Source: Rhizodiscina lignyota | Lineage: Eukaryota | Length of the DNA stretch: 64,000 nucleotides | NCBI GenBank assembly: GCA_010015805.1 | Contig: ML978132.1 | Coordinates: 558,001 to 622,000 of the forward strand | Direction: 5' to 3' | Shown here: one piece after another, positions 25,101-36,979 of the stretch | Numbering within the stretch: the stretch's first letter is position 1 | Layout of the letters: the number at the start of each line of letters is the position of its first letter | Made by a program: the position numbers and the translations under genes | Notes under the pieces: model-generated | What the model saw: the letters and a program-made list of their open reading frames with translations, nothing else | What the model was told of the DNA's origin: nothing | Databases searched by the model: none

Positions 25101-27320
25101 AATGAAAATAGACCAAAAGACTGTGTGAGGGACGCAGGGAAATAGAGCTAGAAGTGAACGTTGGGCTCTATATGTACCCTTTTGGGACCCTTCTGAACAA
25201 GAGTATTAAGGAAGTCGTAGTAAGAAATACATGAAAAAGATTGGTGCCCGCCCTCTAATCTAGATGATGGTACATTTGGACCACGTACAGAAGGGATCAC
25301 CATGTAACTCCAAATGGATACCTACCTTTAGGGGAGTTCGTTGTGCTTAATGTCGCTTGTAGAGGAGCCGCTGCGGCCGTCTGTGCAATGCGCTTAATGC
25401 CGGCGTGATATACCATATTGAGCATGGTTTGATCCAGGAACAAAATCCTGTTCTAATCCGGTAGCGCCACACTCATCGGCCTAGAAATTTGCAAGGGTGG
25501 AAGAGGTATCCATCGAATTTCCGAATTTCTTTAAAGCTGCATCGGCCAATGGGCTGCGAGACTCACCACACATAGGTACGCCATTTGGCCTTTGGCGTTT
25601 CTTTAAGATCTTCGATGGCCGACCCCGCATTTTATGGTCACTCAGATCCAAGATGATGGTCTTTTGCAATTTTCCAAGCGAAAACAGACCATTTTTCTCC
25701 TCACTCTTTCTTGGCATAGCAGTCTCGCGATGACATGGATGAACACAGCAACACCTAAGATGAAGTCTTCGACGGGGCGAAGAATCGCTCAGTTAGAGTC
25801 CTGTGAACGTAATCTCAACACCACGAGGATCAGCCGCTTGTGAACTTTAGGTGTGGCTGAAACCCGTCTGTCCATGGATGAACGCCGCGTTCCACCGTGT
25901 CGTCCATGTTTCACGCTCAAGCCGCACGCAGCAATTCGGCATACAAGGATAGAGCGCCGACTGCGGGTAATGTGAGAGATCTGCAAAACACTAAAACAAG
26001 CGTTCAAACCGAGAAGAAGACTTGGCTGAAGGCGGGTACGGAGTAGAAAGGAGGGTGGGTGAACATGTCTTTTTCCACCATTCAGGGGAAAACTGGCAAA
26101 CGCAGACATCTCATGTGATGAGCGCTAACGCGGTGATTGAGGTCAATCAGTATGTAACACGACTTTGTGTGGAAATGCCAGTCATCGGTCTGTTTACGTG
26201 GTTGGTATGTTCCATACTGCTTCTGCGCATCCTTGGACGTATCCTCATGTACCCCATTGGTGATCCGGGTCAATCGCCGACAAGGTTCGACTGTCTATCT
26301 TCGCTCATTTGGAACAACCCCATCTGCGATACAACGTTGAACCTCGTAGCGGGAACCAACGCTTTGGTAACAATTAAGGGGGTGGTGGCGCTGGTTGAAT
26401 GGGGCTGTGTTTCGTCGGGTCTGGGGACCTCAAGAGCTTTACACGTAACTCTGCAGGTACAGCAAGTCTTAGCCGTCGAAGAATCGAGAGCTCTGAGATC
26501 ACTCCGTCAAAGAGAAGGGAAGGTATGAGATCTTTGAGTAAGCGGGACTTGTGATTTGAGACGATTGTAAAATTCGTTTATGCCTCCTGGAGAAAAGTTG
26601 GATGGACGTTATGACGGTTTAGGATATCCCATAGTATTTCTTCAGGGGGCTTTAGGCTAAGCTACCGGTACGTCGATCACCCGGCGCTCCCTCCACGAGC
26701 TTACCCAACCGTCTCCATCGTGCCCGGAATCAGAATTTTGGTCCTGATCGGAGTATCTTTCCCCATTCAAAGTTTTCCCATGGATTTTGAAGACACTGTC
26801 ACGAGCATTCGATCTGATAACCACCAATCTTTTAGGATGGTCATTGAACTAACATACTAAAAGACTTCCAAATGGCTGAAGGAAGTCGTTTCAAACGCAG
26901 GTACCTGTGGATCCTATGTTGCCTATCTTCTCTCAAAGCTCCACTGTGGCATCTTCCAAACTTCTACTATTGACCTCCTTCCGCCTTTATGGTGAGGGAT
27001 CGCTCTTGCTATGAAGGCCGTTCCCAGAGGGAGAACGATGTAACGGCTAAGTATGTTCAACGATGAAAGTCCGACTTTCAAATGAGCTCTTTCATTCTGA
27101 GTATCCTGCACAAACGGAGTACATTGTTTTGATTGTTTGCCTGAGCCGGAAAGCGCAACAGTGTTGATGCATTTCTGGCAAGCACGAACGAGACTCCATC
27201 ACACCAGACATCACTGTCTGAGAGAGCACTTACAAGATGAAAACAACATTCTATTCCAGGAATGCTTATGAACACACCTTCCAACAGATCTCATTACTGT
27301 CGCTCCAAGTACATATACAG

Positions 27321-28187
27321 ATGGCTTTTTCTCCATTCGCGATCCAAGCTCCGACAACCCGCTACACGGTATACCTCGCACCCGTGTACCCAGCACCGAT
27401 AACCTTTTTCACCTTACATGAATTCATCCGCAAGCAGATCTACAGATACGTTTTCACTCACGATCGACGCTCAGAACCTCCAGAGGAGGGTGAGACGCAT
27501 TTGTGGGCGCCCACTACATTTCTCAAACTCGGCGAGCCGTCGAAGCCAAAGTGGACAAATGTTGGGCTGCTCGGAACCTGCAGACTCATTCGAGTCGAAG
27601 CGCAACCGATTTTCTTTGAGATCAACTGGTACAGCCACTTGCAGCCTCCGTTCCACACTCTACCTGGCGCAATTCAGCTGATGTGGTGGGAGCGATGTGT
27701 CGTAAGCTTGCCGATGACAAAGTTTCGCGTGCTCAGAGTCGATGTCGGGATGATAGTGGTGTACCACAGGAACGGCATAGCAATCGAAAGAGATGCCACC
27801 CTTAGCGTCACCTTCGACCTCAATCCACGAAGGCTCGCGGTCACAATCAAGGCGTTTCCTATGGATGATCAGGGAGACTGGTTTGTCCTTCCCGAAGCCG
27901 CGATGAGATTGATGGTCTGCGTCAAGATGATTTTGGACGCTTACGAACCAGGTGCTACGCACGAGTGGCGGGGTGAATCGATCTTCCGTCTAGCCCGATT
28001 CACCATGGGGCTCGAAGGACGAAAACAACTCGCCCAAGTTATCCCGGACCAGGAACCCCCTATCTTTGGATTCTGGGGACAATGTATCTTTGTCATGCTC
28101 CGGAGGGCGCACCGAGGTGCGTCGATACACGAAACTACTGTGCTAGATATATGTCCGCCTCCCGCATGGGAACTGGAGTCATACTAG
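27321..28187 (+). CDS. F-box-like orphan protein
   Basis: FFTLHEFIRKQIYRYVF followed by LLGTCRLIRVEAQPIFF, typical of fungal F-box-like families; start uncertain. Confidence 0.65.
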   Translation: MAFSPFAIQAPTTRYTVYLAPVYPAPITFFTLHEFIRKQIYRYVFTHDRRSEPPEEGETHLWAPTTFLKLGEPSKPKWTNVGLLGTCRLIRVEAQPIFFEINWYSHLQPPFHTLPGAIQLMWWERCVVSLPMTKFRVLRVDVGMIVVYHRNGIAIERDATLSVTFDLNPRRLAVTIKAFPMDDQGDWFVLPEAAMRLMVCVKMILDAYEPGATHEWRGESIFRLARFTMGLEGRKQLAQVIPDQEPPIFGFWGQCIFVMLRRAHRGASIHETTVLDICPPPAWELESY

Positions 28188-28416
28188 CGCTGAGTTAAAG
28201 TGTGATGCTTTACGAGTTGTCGCACGAGGCCAAGTCAGCCGGTTCGAGAAGCGAGGTACAAGCAGGACGCAGCTGGTGGATGTGTCGGGTGTTGATGAGA
28301 TGATCGGCCGAAGAGTGACGATGGATATTCTAAGCGTTTGGTCGAAGGGGCGCTTGATGCGGTATGAAGTGGATTGCAAGCCTAATCGCATCGATAATTG
28401 GAGTCGAGTCTGGAAT

Positions 28417-29541
28417 TCAAGGAGCAGCTTCCAGTCTCAGCCTCCTAGCGCCTCTTTTCTCTCTCAAGGTGTTGGTGTTTTCAATGATCGCCCGATCCAC
28501 CGCCCACCACCAATTTCTGAAGAACGCGTCTCCAATCTCCCACTCCTTTTCGCTTAATCCGTTGGCACCTTCTACTCTGAATCCCTCAGTATGGTCCTCC
28601 ATGTCTCCGACAAGATGCATCAGCGCCATTGGATCCCGTGCGTTTGGATGCCTCATCTCCACTGGTAACCAGAACATGCTGATGAGTTTCGTGCGCACTG
28701 ATGGCCACGGAAGAAGATCCATCATAGGATGATGAGGTATGCGCTTCTGAACCTCCGTGGGCTGGTAATTCAGTGGTAGCCGGTCTGCGTGCCGTGGATT
28801 GAATGTCCACCGCATGGCGGGATCCCACAGCAACTGGTCGCATCCGATAAGCCGAGCGATTGACAGGCTAACTTGGAGCACCTTCATATGGGGCACGTCG
28901 AGCAACATGTCCAGTGAAAGTTCATTTGCGGCCGCCATCTGTGCGTTGAGTTGTCCTTGGCAAGGCTGGAGCTCATGCTCCTGGACCTGTGGTGCGGCAA
29001 TGGCTAATACCAGCAATTAGCAAACATAGTACAAGGAGTTTAATGATTCGTATTGTGGAGCATACTGTTACTAAAGAAATTGAGTGGATTGGTAGTGTCG
29101 TCGAGACTGAAATTCGATTGCGACCCATCGGTCAAGGGCAAGTCCGGAAAGGAAAGGAGACCGTCTTGCTCAAGAGATATTCCGCCTTCGCTGGTAGACT
29201 CGGCGGAGCCCTCGTTTGACGGAGAATTACTTGTACTGAACATGAAGGTATCTATACTACCGGCGCGGAGGACATCATGAGCGGTTTGCGGAGATTGGTT
29301 CTCGTCCGACGAGTCTGAGATTCGCGAACATGCGCCGGAAGTCTTCGCTTGTGCCTCCAGGCTCGCTATCTTTTGGCGCTTTCGATCTCCTACAACCATC
29401 CATTAGTCTGAGACCGAATGTGGCTGCCTGGGGGACATTACGGTATCTTCTCTGCGCAAGGACGTTCAACATCCGCTTGCGATCTGGGTCGCCTGGCGAA
29501 GGCACCTCCGCAGAAGACGTCTCTTTACTTGTGCGAGCCAT
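28417..29541 (-). CDS. bZIP-like transcription factor with DUF3425 C-terminus
   Basis: RKRMLNVLAQRRYRDRKRQKIASLE (after splicing); PTEVQKRIPHHPMMDLLPWPSVR, WEIGDAFFRNWWW and NTLREKRG motifs. Confidence 0.85.
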
Positions 29542-29865
29542 CAGGGTATCAGGAATTGCCTATGCTGGTTGAATAACGATGGGATAATTAAAAAAATGTG
29601 GGAAAGAAATCGAAGGCGAAGGTTCAAATGCGACGAGCTGAACTCCGAGTCACGAGTCATGCAAACATAACGTTATGCTTCGGGCTTGGCAAGCATTATG
29701 GTTACCCCATTCGGTATCGCGGGCAGATCCTATTGCGTGAAGCCCGACCAATATAAGGAGCAAGGCAGCGTTGATGAGTAGAATTAGATTTGCCAGATTT
29801 AGCAATTATTAAAGCAATCATCTATCTCAAAGCACATCTCTCCTACAAAAATTCATCAAGCTGTC

Positions 29866-30321
29866 ATGTCTACTGTAGACTCGACCACCCCTCTGAACCC
29901 TGCCTCAAAGGCAGCGGATGGGACTACCGAGACATCTTCGTCTGCTCGCTTTGCGATTAACACCATCAATGCCCTCGGAATCATTCGAGCTACTGCTGGC
30001 GCTATGGCGCTCATTGCTCCTCACTTCACATGCAACCTCTTCAGAATCCCCGTCACCGCAAATACTGCGGTCATCGCGCGATTAGTCGGTGGACGGGATA
30101 TAGTGATTGGAGACTTGACATGGACGGCAAGCAAAGACCCGAAGGACAGATCCGAGCTTCGACGCTTGATGTGGGCCAACGTGGCAACGGATGCGATGGA
30201 CATTGGGGCGCTCGCTTACGGCTTCGCGACTGGTACTGTAAGCCGCGCCGGAGCAGTATTATTTGGCAGCGGCGCTCTGTTATCCGTGGCTATGGGTGCC
30301 ATTGGACTGAAGAGCCTCTGA
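29866..30321 (+). CDS. small membrane protein (DUF4267-like)
   Basis: Four hydrophobic segments and an ARLVGGRDIVIG motif; divergent from the bZIP gene. Confidence 0.7.
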   Translation: MSTVDSTTPLNPASKAADGTTETSSSARFAINTINALGIIRATAGAMALIAPHFTCNLFRIPVTANTAVIARLVGGRDIVIGDLTWTASKDPKDRSELRRLMWANVATDAMDIGALAYGFATGTVSRAGAVLFGSGALLSVAMGAIGLKSL

Positions 30322-30396
30322 ATGCTGGAATTGGATATCGGGACCAGAAAGAGATCCGGGCGAATGTAAATTAGGAACAGGCCTTGTTGTTTGGTG

Positions 30397-31698
30397 TCAC
30401 CCAGGTAGTGGTTGTATCCTTTCTCCTGCTCTTTCAACTTCTTCTTTTTGCTCCTCAGCTGAGCAGCAGAGTTCATTCGCGGAATCACTCGATTCTCCGG
30501 CCGCTTCAATGTCGTCAAGTTTTCCAGTGTCATCGAACGACCCTCTTCGTGTACCGATTCTAGATATTTGGGTATCCCTAAACAGGCTTCCAAGGTCATT
30601 CCTCAGCCAGTCTGGGCTCGTAAACTTTTTCCTCCACCCTACTCCCTCGCCGCCCATCTTCAACCCTGCCCCAATTGGGACAGAAGAATTACGAGCCGCA
30701 TCAGGACCTTGTAGACCAAAATCAGATGGTCTTCGAACCGATGGTGTGTCATCCGAGTCATCTCTGTGCCTGAATTTTTCCAGTAATCCGGGCATGTTGC
30801 GTGAAATCAAGCCACGGAGATCGGGCAGGCTCGCGGCAATTAATCCGAGGGCGAGCTCAATTTCAATGAAGAGTGAGACCTCGGAACCAAACCAGCTTTG
30901 GCCGTTCGGTCGATGGCGATAGTTCATGATAATGAATGGGATCTGGAGCAATGCGAAAATGCAGGCAACACTGCCGATGCCGAATACAAAGACCAGCCCA
31001 AGTCGTTGATCGAGGCGCAGACGTCTCAAACCCCACACGTATGGTATTGGAGTTACTACATGATATTAGCTTCAACTATATTTCTTGATTCAGAACACAC
31101 AGGATTTTTACGGACAATAGATCATGCCATCGATTGCCGCGTCGACAATGGCTCCAGAGTAGGTAAATCCGTAGGCGTCGCTGCAGCTTGGATTGTCATA
31201 GTGCTCGATATGGCCACGGTAAAGGTCCCCGATGTCATTGCAATAGACGCCTAGTTCGATGCAGAGCTGCGCGCATTGCAGAAAGCTCAGCACGAGCACA
31301 GCCCAACTCGTTGCACGTAACCGTCGAAGAGCTGTCGGGAATAATCTCAGGTAGTACGTGAGGACACCAGCGCGGATGAAGAAGGCGGCCAGAGCATAGA
31401 ATAGTCGACGCTCAAAGTAGCGCAGATAATAAGGAATCTGGTAGTTCGCTTGAGGGCCATGTCTTGAAGCCCATCCTGATTCACTCGACAGACCTGCGAT
31501 CACAGTACGCGCGATTGAGAGGGCGAGTCCAAGAACGATGCACACGTCGTCGACGGCCAAGTGCTTGTGCAGAGTTATTCGAGCATAGAGTCGTAAGCCT
31601 ACCGAGGCAGTTGCGATTGTGATTAGTATCGTCGGTATGGTGATCACGACGACGGAGGGACTTCTCCAGTGGCCATCCGGAAACAGCTCTTCAGTCAT
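30397..31698 (-). CDS. PTH11-like / fungal rhodopsin-domain integral membrane protein
   Basis: VGLRLYAR, DDVCI, YYLRLF, LVFVFGIG and IELALGLIAASLP motifs; intron ~31050-31110. Confidence 0.85.
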
Positions 31699-32750
31699 GA
31701 TCGTTGGCAACGAGAATCATCCCATGGCGTTTGAGGATATTAAGCCGACGTTGATGGGTTATTTTTATACGTCTCTTCCGAGAAATGCGACCAGTTTGGG
31801 GGCGGACGATACGTCAACGAACGCGAATGCCGCAACGGCTGGAGAGCTAACACATGATGGAGCAAAACAGAAGCAGACCGTCGAGACAGAACATTGAAGG
31901 AGAGGATGGAGTTTTTAAAAATCAATACAGTGAGCAGAAATGGGTGGTGAGCCCCCTCTTTGGTGGCTTGGAAGCCGGTTCCTCTCCGCATTTCCGCCGC
32001 CAAGACTGTGCCGTGCTGACACACCGCTGTTCGCAACGTTCCATCTCCCCGGCTGGGCAGTTGCGTAGCATTTTCGTATTGCGACTGGACGGGGGCAGAA
32101 AGGCCTTGAAGAAAGTGCGTCACTTCCAATGCATCGAGCGTCTTGTTTGGGAGAAAAGTGGGAAGCAGTGGTTGTTTGAGGCGCATCCCGGTCGTCGAGC
32201 GTCTCCCGAATTAGCCTTCATTCAGGGTCAGCCGCACGGGTACATAGCTTAGTTGCTGTTGCGCAGGGACCCGGAGTCTCTTCCACCTGAATGACGAGTC
32301 TTTACTTAAGACCCTTGATGGGCCGATGGAAGAATTCAGGGCCGTATTTCCACATTATGGCCCGGTACGACGTCATTCAGCGCTCTTCCACGAGCATCTT
32401 CTCGCGCGAGTGCGCTGCTCTGCTGCGCTAGAGTTAAGAATGTCAGATACGCCAATGAAGCACTAAAGCCTACCCCGACCGGTAAGAATTGCGCAAATGA
32501 GTAGAATTACGCCAGTCTCTTTGCTGATTCACTCAAGCTGCCAAGCTGCAAGCAAGCTGCCCCAAAGTGGCAAGCGCAGCGTGACACCAAACACCACAAT
32601 GTGCACCTGCCAAGGCTGCCCCGGCCACGACCCAAACGGGAAGGGGCTTTCCAGTTGACACTTCCATTGACAATCAACCTCAACTTCAACTCTCTTTGAT
32701 CATATGGTTCATACCTACAGAACATCGCGTTTACATTCGCTCTCAGAACG

Positions 32751-33836
32751 ATGTCTGATCTAAACGGAGTACCGGGCCGAGACACGCATCACTCAACTAG
32801 TATCATCCGCCATTCAATGCAGATTGCAGCCCACCATCGATACCCTTGCGGGCGTCGCAGCACCGTCAACCGTTCGTTGAACTCTCGCAGACGACCACCA
32901 GCACGAACAAGACCCCGGAGTGCGACCGATGCTCAACGCCCAAGCTTCATCATGTATCTTCCTCCAGAACTGCGATTGATGATATACGAATACGCCCTGG
33001 ATATGGAGGACATGCGGCAGCAAAGGCTGTTCCTTACCCCCATTGAGCTCCGGCATATTCTCCAACCAGCTTACAGCCTTGCGTTTGCGTGCAAAACATT
33101 TGCCTTGGAAGTACTGCCGATGCTCCTCCAACAGGTCCGTTTTGGGTTCTTCCAAGACATATACTACGAACACCAAGACAGGCCTGATGAACCTCCCCAT
33201 CGACGAGCATTGGACGCGCCAAAATTGATGTTTTCCAATGCCTTCAGGCTTTTCGTACAACCTGCCCGAGGGCTGCTTATCGGTCTTCCTATCGAGAACC
33301 TTCGAAAACTAAGTCTGACGCTTCTCGTACATACTGCGCCGCCCATTGCATTTCCGCCATCGCTGTTGGAGCGTGTGTGGGACCAGGAACCATTGCGTCT
33401 CCGTTTCGAATTGGTCCCCGGTGGCTGTAACACTATGTACTGGCCGTCGCTATACCGTTCAACAACGAGTGTCATTCATAAAACGATGATACCCAACTCA
33501 ACTCGAGAACTCATCAACGCAACAACGGCTGGAATACTAAGCGCCAACATGGGCACGGTTTGGAGTGGCCATGTGCTCGCAGCCATCGGGAAGAAGCTAT
33601 TGCGGGAACACATCAGGTTGCAACTGTGGTTCGACCCCTTTGTATGGTGCGGTACATCGGAGGAGCATACGGTAGACTGTGAGCAGGACAGACGCCATCC
33701 TCGCCATGTGACCGTTGTCCACGTTCAGTATCGACAGAGGCCCAGTGCAACAGAACTGGAAGTGCATACACACTACGACCTGGCACATTGGAGGGGCACT
33801 GCCCTTGAAAACTTCGAGTTGGTGGTGCAGAAGTGA
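32751..33836 (+). CDS. F-box-like orphan protein
   Basis: FIMYLPPELRLMIYEYAL and LAFACKTFALEVLP; intronless 361-aa ORF, start uncertain. Confidence 0.65.
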   Translation: MSDLNGVPGRDTHHSTSIIRHSMQIAAHHRYPCGRRSTVNRSLNSRRRPPARTRPRSATDAQRPSFIMYLPPELRLMIYEYALDMEDMRQQRLFLTPIELRHILQPAYSLAFACKTFALEVLPMLLQQVRFGFFQDIYYEHQDRPDEPPHRRALDAPKLMFSNAFRLFVQPARGLLIGLPIENLRKLSLTLLVHTAPPIAFPPSLLERVWDQEPLRLRFELVPGGCNTMYWPSLYRSTTSVIHKTMIPNSTRELINATTAGILSANMGTVWSGHVLAAIGKKLLREHIRLQLWFDPFVWCGTSEEHTVDCEQDRRHPRHVTVVHVQYRQRPSATELEVHTHYDLAHWRGTALENFELVVQK

Positions 33837-35588
33837 GGGAGGAGGGAGGTTGCAGAGCATTGGTTCACAAGAGGGGTCGGAAAATTGAAGTCGCAATTGC
33901 TCTCTCGGCCCCGAATATATCAATACCTCGCTCGCTCGTCAGTCGAAGTCTACTTGAACACCATTCACTTGATTTGCATATCGCGCTCTATCCGTGTTGG
34001 TGGGCGCTGAGTCTGAACGCCCATCGTGTGATACGTATCCTCGGTGAGCAACAAAGGGGAACTAATGCGGCGCCCAGTAATTATCAAACTTTCTTTGATT
34101 TGATGCCTGGCCTGGCTGGTCCAGATGCTAATAATGCGAGACCCTTGGCTGCTCCCTACAAAATAATGCCATCCGCTGAATGTCTAGCGGCACAACGCCA
34201 ACGCGCAAACGCCATGTCTTTTTCCGTTGCAGGAATAGGACCATTACGATCCATGCGTGTCTAAACAGTCTCCAAATGTATGAATACAAGAATCGTTTCG
34301 AACAGCTCAACCAATGCTCTGCGATCGCAGGACCGCTCTTGCGGCCAGCGGCCAGCCGAACAATCCAGTTACCATGGCCACGTATCTGGAAGAAGAAAGT
34401 CAGTCTCATGCGTTACAAATTCTGACTGACGATTCTTACAGCGCTGATGTCCTCCCAAGGCGAGCGAGAACTGGAGTGATTGGATGATCATGCGGCCTCA
34501 GTGATACTGGGTATTTGCCCATTGGGTGTGGCTCTCTGAGGAGATTGCGTGCGGCAGAGGCGAAGGTGCGCAGGAATGTTGTGCTTGCTGGCATGGTGTC
34601 GAATAGTCTTCGAAATAGTAGTCTATAGAGATGGTTCGAACGTGGAGTGTCTTTTGGTTGCGTGGTAAGGCTTAGTTGTGTCCAATCAGATCGCCGATCG
34701 AAATGCGTGTGGTAATGAGGACTTTAAGAATAGTAGATTTGATAGGGCAGCTGTGGTCTATGTATTGAGAGGAGCAATGAACTCTTTGCTTTGTGAATCT
34801 GTGATGATGTAGAGGAAATCCATATACTTCATCCTTATGCGGCGTCTTTATAACTTTCTGCCCTATTCCATCATACAGTGGTACGAGTATGGTGGAGTGA
34901 CAATAAGACAATTACGGAAAATCAGATTACAGCATTCTCAGCCAATATTTCCATCGGTTCCGCTGCCTTTTCGCGCTGACGTGCTGGTTCGTGGTGACTG
35001 TGGGCTGTTTTCCATGCGATGGTGCGGGCCGCAGTTGACTGATCGTGGTGTGACCATTGTACCACAGACTCCCGACGCGACTCCCGAGAGCCTCATTTCG
35101 GCGAGCTGCGACGTTGCAAGCAGGCGAGAAGCGCATCCTTTGGAATGCTATCTGTTGCTTAGGCGACTATCAATTGCAAGTTTAGGTAGAGAAGAACATG
35201 GAGGCGATTCCGGGGCAGCCGCGTGATGGGCGCCCGCTTGCTGGGTGCAGAGAGATGCCTCAGGCCGGGCTTCTCTTAGCAAGACGCTTACAGAGCAGCC
35301 ATCGAGAGCGCTGCGTGCTCTCGCTGTGCTTTCAGTGCTCGAGGACTGTGGAATCATGAGAAACTGCAACTGCAAAATCAGTGCCAAAATAGAATTAAAT
35401 TGCGCTGTGCGTGACCGTGTGAGAAAGCCCGAAAGCTAAGGATCGCGTGGGCATAAGATGGAGCCCGTTGAGGCCAAGGGTGAGCGGGAAAAGCGTTGAA
35501 TCGGATCCAGTTTTCTTGCTTTATATAGCGTAAACGGACTGCCCTACCTCAACAGTTCAAAGACTGCGCTCTGCCTCAGCGGAGTACA

Positions 35589-35713
35589 TCCTCCGTAGTC
35601 TGTAAGCTGCCCCGATTCGGTTAGCTTCTCTTCAACTTCTCACACATATCACAGAGTGGTTATGATCGCCGCTTGTCACGCGGCTGGCCCGGGTTCGATT
35701 CCCGGCGGGGGAG
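35589..35713 (+). tRNA. tRNA-Asp(GTC) interrupted by a 53-nt spliceosomal-type intron (35602-35654) between positions 13 and 14
   Basis: Exon 1 TCCTCCGTAGTCT + exon 2 AGTGGTTATGATCGCCGCTTGTCACGCGGCTGGCCCGGGTTCGATTCCCGGCGGGGGAG give a 72-nt canonical cloverleaf with G10-U25 and G73; the insert is GTAAGC...CTCAC...CACAG. Confidence 0.85.
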
Positions 35714-35726
35714 AAAATCCACTATC

Positions 35727-35741
35727 TTTTTTTGTCTTTTT
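35727..35741 (+). terminator. Pol III-type oligo-T terminator after tRNA-Asp
   Basis: T7 and T5 runs 14-28 nt after the discriminator base. Confidence 0.7.
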
Positions 35742-36554
35742 GGACAGTATTTCTTTTTGTTCCTTAGGAAAAGTAGTTTGACAGAAGTGGAGGTGTACAT
35801 ACACGTTGTACGTTGTATAGAAGCAATGAAACAAGTGAAAGCTACTTAACTACTTCCTTTTTAATACTAGCTACGAGTGATAACCACTCTGTAATGTGTG
35901 AGAAGTTGAAGAGAAGCTAACCGAATCGGGGCAGCGTACAGACTACGGAGGATGTACTCCGCTGAGGCAGAGCGCAGTCTTTGTTGAGGGCCAGAACCAA
36001 TTGAGAGCGAGACACGTCTCGCTCTCAATTAGCGGACGCTTGAATGCTTTGCTGGGCAGTGTCTGTGGAGGCTGTCTCGCGCTGGCTAAGTACATCCACT
36101 CTACGGCGGAGTGTAATGGGATGGAGGGTTTTGAGGCAATGTCCGTCGCATAGCGATTTTTCGTATACTTGATGGCCTTCCCATGCTCGTCAGCTTTGCA
36201 CTTTTCTGCCGCGATGTGCTTCGCTTCGCAAAGCTGGCAGACTCGATTTCGGACGAGCGAGATCGCTGTGGTACGTAGGTCTCGTACCGAGCACAAACGA
36301 ACCGTCATTCAAGCATGCTGAACACATTATCAGAACATGTCCTGGACCACCCTTGGATGGATCCGCTACGCGACAGAATCTTTTGGCCATAGGGTTTGAC
36401 CGGGCAAGAAGCTTCGCCGACTGTTGGCCTGTCCCCGTCTTCAGCTTCAGCTAACCACTGCTCTGCGAAATTGCGGATGACTCCTTTGTGTTCTGTGGCA
36501 CAATCAGGTACCTTTGGATTCCAAGGCAACACTTTTGTCGTGGATTGTTTCCAA

Positions 36555-36930
36555 GGTTCGAGCTTTGCCTCAATTCAATGCAGTTACTGGACGCCCAATT
36601 TGCGCGTGGAGGTTAAGCTTCCCTTCGATTATGGGTGGACGCTCGACTTGCAACCTGCACACATAAATCGAGCTTTGCTTTGATTTAATGCACTCGTTCA
36701 ACTTCATGTCTGAGCGAGGGTGCTGAGCTTCAATGCAATCATGCTCGAGCGCAGACTTGCAGCTTACACGCATAGGGTGAGGCTTACTTTCATTCAGCAC
36801 AGTCACAAAGGCGTGCGGTTTACGCAGAAGCATTGAGCTTCAATTCGATCATATGTGGACAGTCAACTCACAGCTTAGCCAGGTAGATCCAGCTTTGCTT
36901 TGACTAAATAGAGCCCCTCGGCTTCGACGG
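36555..36930. repeat. degenerate ~110-bp tandem repeat, ~3.5 units
   Basis: AGCTTTGC-like anchors at 36561, 36671, 36780 and 36891; TGAGCTTCAAT at 36724 and 36835. Confidence 0.75.
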
Positions 36931-36979
36931 GAGCTGGCTGCTGTGACACAGCTTTTCTGAGGCCGCGAGCCGTAGCTCC

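Larger units (their letters stand above)
35547..35989. repeat. ~105-115-bp inverted repeat (35547-35663 vs 35880-35989)
   Basis: Right arm is the reverse complement of leader + tRNA exon 1 + intron + AGTGGTTAT; 1 substitution and a 2-nt indel in the core, plus a 5-nt indel at the outer edge. Confidence 0.95.

Noticed and set aside
34230..34545. U3 snoRNA-like boxes (GAGCGAGAA, GATGATC, CTGA, ATAGGACCATT)
   Set aside because: Box A is mismatched, there is no proper C' box or terminal stem, and B-C spacing is very short; more likely chance or decayed coding sequence.
35655..35713. 5'-truncated tRNA-Asp pseudogene captured inside a MITE
   Set aside because: The missing 13 nt are present 53 nt upstream and pair with the acceptor 3' strand; no target-site duplication flanks the inverted repeat.
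35760..35950. Second complete tRNA on the minus strand
   Set aside because: After AGTGGTTAT the sequence has no paired anticodon stem, T-arm or acceptor 3' strand.
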